Source of the DNA: Torpedo marmorata
Taxonomy: Eukaryota
DNA: 64,000 bases
Direction of reading: 5' to 3'
Assembly (NCBI GenBank): GCA_977017645.1
Contig: OZ360243.1
Location: forward strand, 30,876,001 to 30,940,000
Each line of letters starts with the position of its first letter. Within the stretch, counting starts at the first letter, position 1. Of this stretch, positions 57,125 to 64,000 are shown piece after piece. Made by a program: the position numbers and the translations under genes. The notes under the pieces were generated by a model. It saw only the letters and a program-made list of their open reading frames with translations. It was not told the origin of the DNA and searched no databases.

Positions 57125-59392
57125 CATAATGCTATCAGCTTCAATGTCATTATGGAAAGAGATGTCAGGGCCAAGGGTTGAGGTTTTTGATTGGGGAAAA
57201 GCTAGATTTGAGGGGATGCGAAAGGACTTAGAGGGTGTGCATTGGGACAATTTGTTTTATGGGCAGGATGTTGTAGAGAGATGGAAGTCTTTTAAAGATC
57301 AGATTTTGAGAGTGCAAAAGATTTATGTTCCTGTTAGGTTAAAAGGAGGGGCAAAAGGTTTGTGGGAGCCGTGGTTCTCGAGGAATATTGGAAACTTGGT
57401 TCGGAAAAAAAGGGAGGCGTATATTAAGTATAAGAAGCATGGAAATAAGGAGATGTTTGAAAAATACATTGAATGTAAAAAGAATCTTAAGAGAGGAATT
57501 AGGATAGCAAAAAGAAAGTATGAAGAGACTATAGCAAGCAGGGTGAAGGTTAATCCAAAAGGTTTTTACAAATACGTTAATGCTAAGAGGAAAGCAAGGG
57601 ACAAAATTGGTCCCTTAGAGAATCAGAACGGAAAACTGTGTGTGGAGCCTAGAGAAATGGGGGAGATATTGAACAGTTTTTTTTCTTCGGTATTCACCAA
57701 GGAGAAGGATATTGATATATGCGAGATAAACAAAGCTAATGGGGTAAATATGGAGAATATAGGGATTACGAAAGATGTAGTGTTAGGGCTTTTGAGGAAT
57801 ATAAAGGTGGATAAGTCTCCAGGACCCGACGGGATCTTCCCCAGGACCTTGAGAGAAGTAAGAGAAGAAATAGCAGAGGCTCTGACGGCGATTTTCCAAA
57901 TGTCATTAGAGACGGGGATAGTGCCGGAGGATTGGCATATTGCGCATGTGGTTCCGTTATTTAAAAAGGGTTCAAGGAGGAAGCCTGGCAATTATCGGCC
58001 TGTAAGTTTGACATCTGTGGTAGGTAAATTAATGGAGAAAGTTCTCAGAGATAGGACTTATAAATATCTGGATAGGCAGGGTCTGATCGGGAACTCTCAA
58101 CATGGATTTGTGAGCGGAAGGTCCTGTTTGACAAATCTGATTGAATTTTTTGAAGAGGTGACTAGGACTGTGGATGAGGGTAGTGCAGTGGATGTTGTCT
58201 ATATGGACTTCAGTAAGGCCTTTGATAAGGTTCCGCATGGAAGGTTAGTGAGGAAGGTGCAGTCTTTAGGTATAGATTCTGAGATAGTCAAATGGATTGA
58301 ACATTGGCTGGAGGGGAGAGGCCAGAGAGTGGTAGTGGATAATTGTTTGTCAGCTTGGAAGCCCGTGACAAGCGGTGTGCCTCAGGGATCTGTATTGGGC
58401 CCATTGTTGTTTGTTATATATATCAATGATCTAGATGATGGGGTGGTAAACTGGATTAGTAAATATGCAGATGATACCAAGATAGGTGGAATAGTGGATA
58501 ATGAAGAAGGTTTTCAGGGATTGCAGAAGGATTTGGGATGCTTAGAAAAGTGGGCTGAAAAATGGCAGATGGAGTTTAATGCTGATAAGTGTGAGGTGCT
58601 TCATTTTGGAAAGAAGAATCAGAACAGGACATATGTAGTAAATGGGAGAGCATTGATGAATACAGAAGAGCAGAAAGATTTAGGAATAACGGTGCATCGT
58701 TCCCTGAAGGTGGAAACTCATGTGAATAGGGTGGTGAAGAAGGCTTTTAGTATGCTGGCCTTCATCAATCAATGCATAGAATATAGGAGTTGGGAAGTGA
58801 TGTTGAGATTATATAAGGCTTTGGTGCGGCCTAATTTAGAGTTCTGTGTGCAGTTCTGGTCGCCAAATTATAGGAAGGATATCAACAAAGTGGAGAGAGT
58901 GCAGAGAAGGTTTACCAGAATGTTACCTGGGTTTAAGAATTTAGAGTACAAGGAGAGATTGAGCAGATTAGGTCTTTATTCTTTGGAGCGTAGAAGGTTG
59001 AGAGGGGATTTGATAGAGGTATTTAAAATTATGAAAGGGATAGACAGAGTGGATGTGGATAGACTATTTCCATTAAGAATAGGAGAGATTGAAACAAGAG
59101 GACATGAGCTAAGAGTTAAGGGGCAGAGGTTTAGAGGTAACATGAGGGGGAACTTCTTTACTCAGAGAGTGGTAGCTGTGTGGAATGAGCTTCCGGGAGA
59201 AGTAGTGGCGGCAGAGTCAATTTTAGTATTTAAGAAAAAGTTGGACAAGTATATGGATGAGAGGGAAGTGGAGGGTTATGGGCAAGGTGCAGGTAGGTGG
59301 GACTAGATAGGAATGTTTTGGTTCGGTGCGGACTGGAAGGGCCTAATGGCCTGTTTCCGTGCTGTAATTGTTATATGGTTATATGGTTATAT
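57125..59392 (+). mobile_element. CR1 LINE, 5'-truncated, young, in the CKAP4 intron
   Basis: Open 728-aa frame with KSPGPDG, YRPVSLTS, DFSKAFD, GVPQGS, YADD; (atggttat)n tail. Confidence 0.95.
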
Positions 59393-59929
59393 AAGAAAAC
59401 AAAGATAAGAGAACTTTGCAGATAATATCTGAAATACTTGGATCATGGAAATTATAGACAATAGCACCTTGTCCATTCACTTGGGTTCACTCTAATTTTT
59501 ATTTCTCGGACCTTTCACTTTGCACCTTGTTACACCAAATTCCCTTCGAAATTATTTTATCGTCTGTGCTTCAATCGCTGGCTGTGTTAAAGAACTGGAT
59601 GGCTCTATTCTTCCTCATTACCAATTTGCCAAAGGAAGGGAAAATCCAATTTATACTCTCAAAACTTTAATAATTTTGAAATTTTCTATGTGATCACTCT
59701 TTTATTCTGCCACTAGTGGACATAGTTCTTCTCTATCTGTTCACGAAATTCGTTACATGGAACATCTTAAAAATTTCAGTCATGTTCTTCCAAATTTCTG
59801 GTAGTACAATCCTAGTTTGTGTAATGTCTCTTTATTAATTTAACTTCAAACAAGTCAGATTATTCAGCTCAAGATTTCATTCCATCCTCATGGCAGACCT
59901 CTTTGCAAAAAGGTCAAGAAGTTATCTCC

Positions 59930-60546
59930 CTTAAAGGAATCATTTATTTCTCGAGGTTTATATGTTATTTTCCTTGAATTCTTTTTTATGGCACTTATAG
60001 TTCTAGAAGTTTGTTCTTTCTTTAATTGCCACGCCAACACTTTATGCGCTCTTTCTCCCAATTCATAGTATCTTTGCTTAGTTCTTTCAATTAATTTTTC
60101 CATTTTATATGTTTGTAACGTATTATAATACAATTTTTTTTGATTAAATTTTTTCTCTTTTCTTGATTTTTTTTGCAAATCCTTCTCCAAAAATTCAATC
60201 TCCTTCTCCAAATTATCCACTTCCCGAACATATTCCTTCTTAACTTTTGCTGAATAACTTATTATTTGGCCTCTTAAATAAGCCTTTAAGCTTCCCAAAT
60301 AATAAATTTATTATCAATCGAGTTAGAATTAATCTGTAAAAATTCTTGAATTTCTCTTATATAATTACAAAAATCCATTCTTTTCAATAAATAAGAATTA
60401 AATCTCCACCTATATATAGTTTTTTCTTTTTCTGGAATTATACATGACATTAATAGAGGCGAGTGATCAGAAATTATTCTTGCTTTGTATTGTGCTTGAG
60501 TCACCCTATCTTCTACTTGTGAGGACAATAAAAACATATCTATTCT
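59930..60546 (-). mobile_element. L1 ORF2 internal fragment
   Basis: RIDMFL..RIISDHSP..WRFN, KAYLRGQII peptides. Confidence 0.85.
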
Positions 60547-61330
60547 GGGTAGACGAGCTCCCCTGGGTGCTAATGGGCATCCGCACAGCACCCAAAGAAG
60601 ACCTGGCAGCGTCATCAGCCGAGCTGGTTTACAGCTCCCCGCTCACAGTGCCCGGCGAATTCGTGCCCGCATCCCGTGGCCAGGAGGACACACCGAGGGA
60701 GGTCCTGACCAAGCTCCGAGAGAAACTTGGGACACTGGCTCCGGTACCGACGCCCCTACATGGAGCAGTGCCCTCTTTCATGCCCAAGAACCTGCAGCAG
60801 AGTGAGTATGTTTTCATTCGCCGAGGAGCACACAAACCATCCCTGCAGCGGCCGTACGAAGGACCCTTCAAGGTGCTGCGCCATAATGGGACAACCTGTG
60901 TTTTGGACATTGGTGGCCGGGAAGAGACGTTTACCATAGACCGTCTCAAACCGGCATACCTGGACATTGAACGACCAGTCGTGGTGCCACCTGCTAGGAA
61001 ACGAGGCCGACCACATAAAATAGACAGTGTACAGGTTACGGTTTCCGCGCCTCCTACCGCCGGTTCTGAGGGGGGTCATGTGGCAGCTCACCCACGCGGC
61101 AGGCGAACCGGCTTCGGTAGTCGCGGACAAGCCCGCAGTCAGTGGCACTCGCAAGGACGTTCGGTGTGGGGCAAAGCTGCGGCCCAGAAGTTGACGTCCC
61201 TTCCGCCCCGCCAAGCGCAAAGGCCACTGGGATAGGCGCGGGTTTTTTAAGCGCGTGTTTTCAAATCAGTAAAGCAGTAACTTTGAAATTATCCTCTCGA
61301 CTCAGTGTGTTTTCTTCAGCTCGCAGCCAC
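60546..61330 (+). mobile_element. Gypsy 3' fragment: integrase C-terminus plus 3' LTR (61079-61330)
   Basis: WVDELPWVLMGIRTAPKED, PYEGPFKVL, IDRLKPA; PPT gaggggggt then tgtggcagc...gcagccac. Confidence 0.85.
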
Positions 61331-61439
61331 CTCCACCTTACATCTATCACAGATAGGATTAACGTTAGGAAAAATACAAGCCAACCTGCCTTTCGACAGA
61401 TGAGCTCGATTAACCACTTTAAACTGGATTAAAGAGTGC

Positions 61440-63010
61440 CGGGCACATATTGAAGAGGTATTAACCAAGCCAAAAATCTTCTCCCATATTTCCTCTTAGA
61501 GATGCAACTGAAGTTCTACCTCCCAAGCTTTTTTAATTTTATCATTAAAATTAAATTGCGATCTTAATAACTTATTATAAATATTACCTATTAAACCCTT
61601 ATGAGTAGGGTTCAAATGAAAGAAAGTATCAATCAAACCCGATTGATAGGATGTTGGAAAATTAGGTAATAATATTCTCTAAGTTTGAATATGACATGAC
61701 GTCACGTAGCCATTGAGCATGATTAGGCGGGGTAACATCCCTCCATCTGAGCAACACCGCCCACCTAGCCACAAGAGAAATAAAAGCTAATACATGCAGC
61801 TCAGATGCCGTTAAAGTTATGTCACTCTCTCCAACAATACGAAATAAAGCAGTTAAGGGATTAGGTTTAAAATTAACTTTAAAAAGTGCAGAGCAAGTTT
61901 GAAATACTTTGTTCCAATATTTCTCAAGACTCTGACATGTCCAGAACATATGAATTAGTGAAGCATCTCCATTGTTGCATTTATCACAATGAGGAGATAC
62001 ATCCGGATAAAAATGAGATAGTTTGACTTTGTACGTGAGCCCTATGGACTACTTTAAATTGTAGGAGAGAGTGGTGGGCACATAAAGAAGAGGTATTAAC
62101 CAATTTGAAAATTACATTCCAAGTTTCTTCAGAAATTAAAAGCTGTAGGTCCTGTTCCCAGGCTTTTTAAATTTTATCTGAGGGAGCCTCTCTTATTTCC
62201 AACAACATATCATAGATGTTAGATATTGAACCATTATAGAAAGGTTGTAAATTAAAAATTACATCAATTAAATTCTTATCAGTCCTCTTAGGAAATGTAT
62301 GTAATTGAGATTGTAAAAAATATCTAATCTGTAGATAACGAAAAAAATGAGTATTTGGTAGACTGTATTTAACTGAAAGTTGTTCAAAGGAAAAGGTTTT
62401 GAGAAAGTGATAAATTGTGTGAACCTAAATGAAAGGTAAAGGTTCCATTATTGTTACGTAATACTACATTTAGAATGTAACATACATGAAATTCTTTAAT
62501 TTTTGTCTACCATAAGGCAGACAGAGGGTCGCTATTTTGTCCAGCGCCCCTCACAGAAAACTACAGCACCTGGTGTTCCTTGGTGGTCTCCCCTCCAAAT
62601 ACTGACCAGTCCTGTGCCTGCTTAGCTTCTGAGATCAGACAATCCCAGTCGTATTCAGGCTATTGGTGCTGTTAAGCAAGACTCCCCTCGACAAATAAAT
62701 CTTTAAAACATTTAATGCCCAATCTATACCATTCTTTAAAAGTTACATCTATCATGGAAGGTTTAAAGAAATAATTAGAAAAAATAGGACTAGAGAGAAA
62801 ATCTCATTAAACCAAAATGTTTTCTAAATTGTATCCATATGCTCAAAGTATGTTTAACCACCGGATTATTAGTTAATTTATTTAAAGATATAGGAAGAGA
62901 GGATCCAAGAAGAGAGATGAGAGAAAATTTTGTACAGAATTAGATTCCAAAAGACCCATATTGGACAATCTTCACGGTTAATATAGTATAACCAGAACGT
63001 AAGATTTCGA
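61440..63010 (-). mobile_element. L1 fragments (second family), rearranged, with SINE3 insertion
   Basis: HMFWTC..LEKYW C-terminal domain. Confidence 0.75.
62431..62677 (-). mobile_element. 5S rRNA-derived SINE, second copy
   Basis: Reverse complement gcttaacagcaccaatagcctgaatacg...gatctcagaagctaagcagg; same tail as 44567-44806. Confidence 0.88.
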
Positions 63011-63455
63011 GGCTACTGAAAATGTCAATGCCATTTTGCACTCTGGGAATAATGTCATGGTCTTTCCGTATGATATTATGTAATGTTTTGAGCATATTTG
63101 ACAGAACAGCTGGTATTATGTATAACCTGAATCTACTTCAATTTACAATGAAGCCATTGAGAACTTTCATTTCATCTGTAGCTGTGATTCACTTCCCACC
63201 AAGAGTATCATAAATAATCATGTTTCATTTACGCTCTTGACATACATTTGGTTATTTTACCGAAACCTTATCTATATAGCTCTACAAATATTGGAGCCAA
63301 GTTTCTTTCAATAGTCATATTCTATGGCAGACATATATGTGAATGCAAATTCTGAGGAAGATTTTGGTAAAATGTCCCAGAAATAGTCAAACATCTTTAC
63401 AGATGTAGTATTAATGCACACCCTAAATTAGCTAACTTGACCCATTCATGGAAAG

Positions 63456-64000
63456 TGTTATGGACCATGACTGACCATTTGGACTGCGGACGGTCAGCAG
63501 GAAGGATGAAGTATTTTGGAGTACACATTGGGACCTGGTACTGAAAGAGTTAATTTGCCCAGGACTTCTTGTACTTACCAGAGAGAGACACCAGGGGGAG
63601 ACAGACTGTGAAAAGATATATACTTGGTTGGACTTTTGAAAAAGGCAGGTGAAGACCTCTGCAGGAATGCCTTAAAGTTCAGTTGTGGAAAACTGAATCC
63701 GTGGCAGTTTTGGAGTTGCAAAGGTGGGAGAACTCAGCAGGATCCAGGCTTGTGCATCCCAGAGGAAAGGTTGGGAGAAGAACTCAGAGCCTTCTGAATC
63801 AGAAAAAAAATCCAGGCTTGTGCATCCCAGGGGAAAAGGTTGGGACCAAAAACAAGGCCTTGGTGATTCAGCAAAATCCTGAATTGAGGGCAGCTTTTGT
63901 GAAGAACAGGCATGAGATCAGCGAGACAGGCTGTGAGATCCAAGTACACGCCTCAATCCAAAACGGATTTGGATTCGCAATCCTTGTGAAAACACCAGAA
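63456..64000. repeat. Possible LTR start, with a duplicated ~35-bp unit
   Basis: Begins TGTTATGG; atccaggcttgtgcatcccag..ggttggga at ~63742 and ~63810; runs off the window end. Confidence 0.35.

Overview
Vertebrate genomic DNA, probably a cartilaginous fish (inferred from the repeat repertoire), and mostly nested transposons. Two host coding exons point away from each other about 21 kb apart: BLTP3B/UHRF1BP1L exon 1 (minus, 33795-33838) and CKAP4 exon 1 (plus, 55037-55330). The repeats are Rex1/Babar, L1 and CR1 LINEs, Penelope-like elements with hammerhead-like motifs, tRNA- and 5S-derived SINEs, hAT and Harbinger MITEs, a near-intact Gypsy element and a BEL/Pao-type LTR element. Many have readable target-site duplications (TSDs). 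The main candidate for novelty is the BEL/Pao element (46435-52330). It has lost RT, RNase H and the integrase core, and appears to carry two host-gene pieces in its polyprotein: an SLTM/SAFB-like SAP-domain N-terminus and a MIPOL1-like coiled coil. This element and the Gypsy element both lack a tRNA primer-binding site (PBS). In each, the PBS position is complementary to the element's own LTR, which suggests Tf1-style self-priming. Protein homologies were recognised from memory and coordinates read by eye, so both need confirmation by search.
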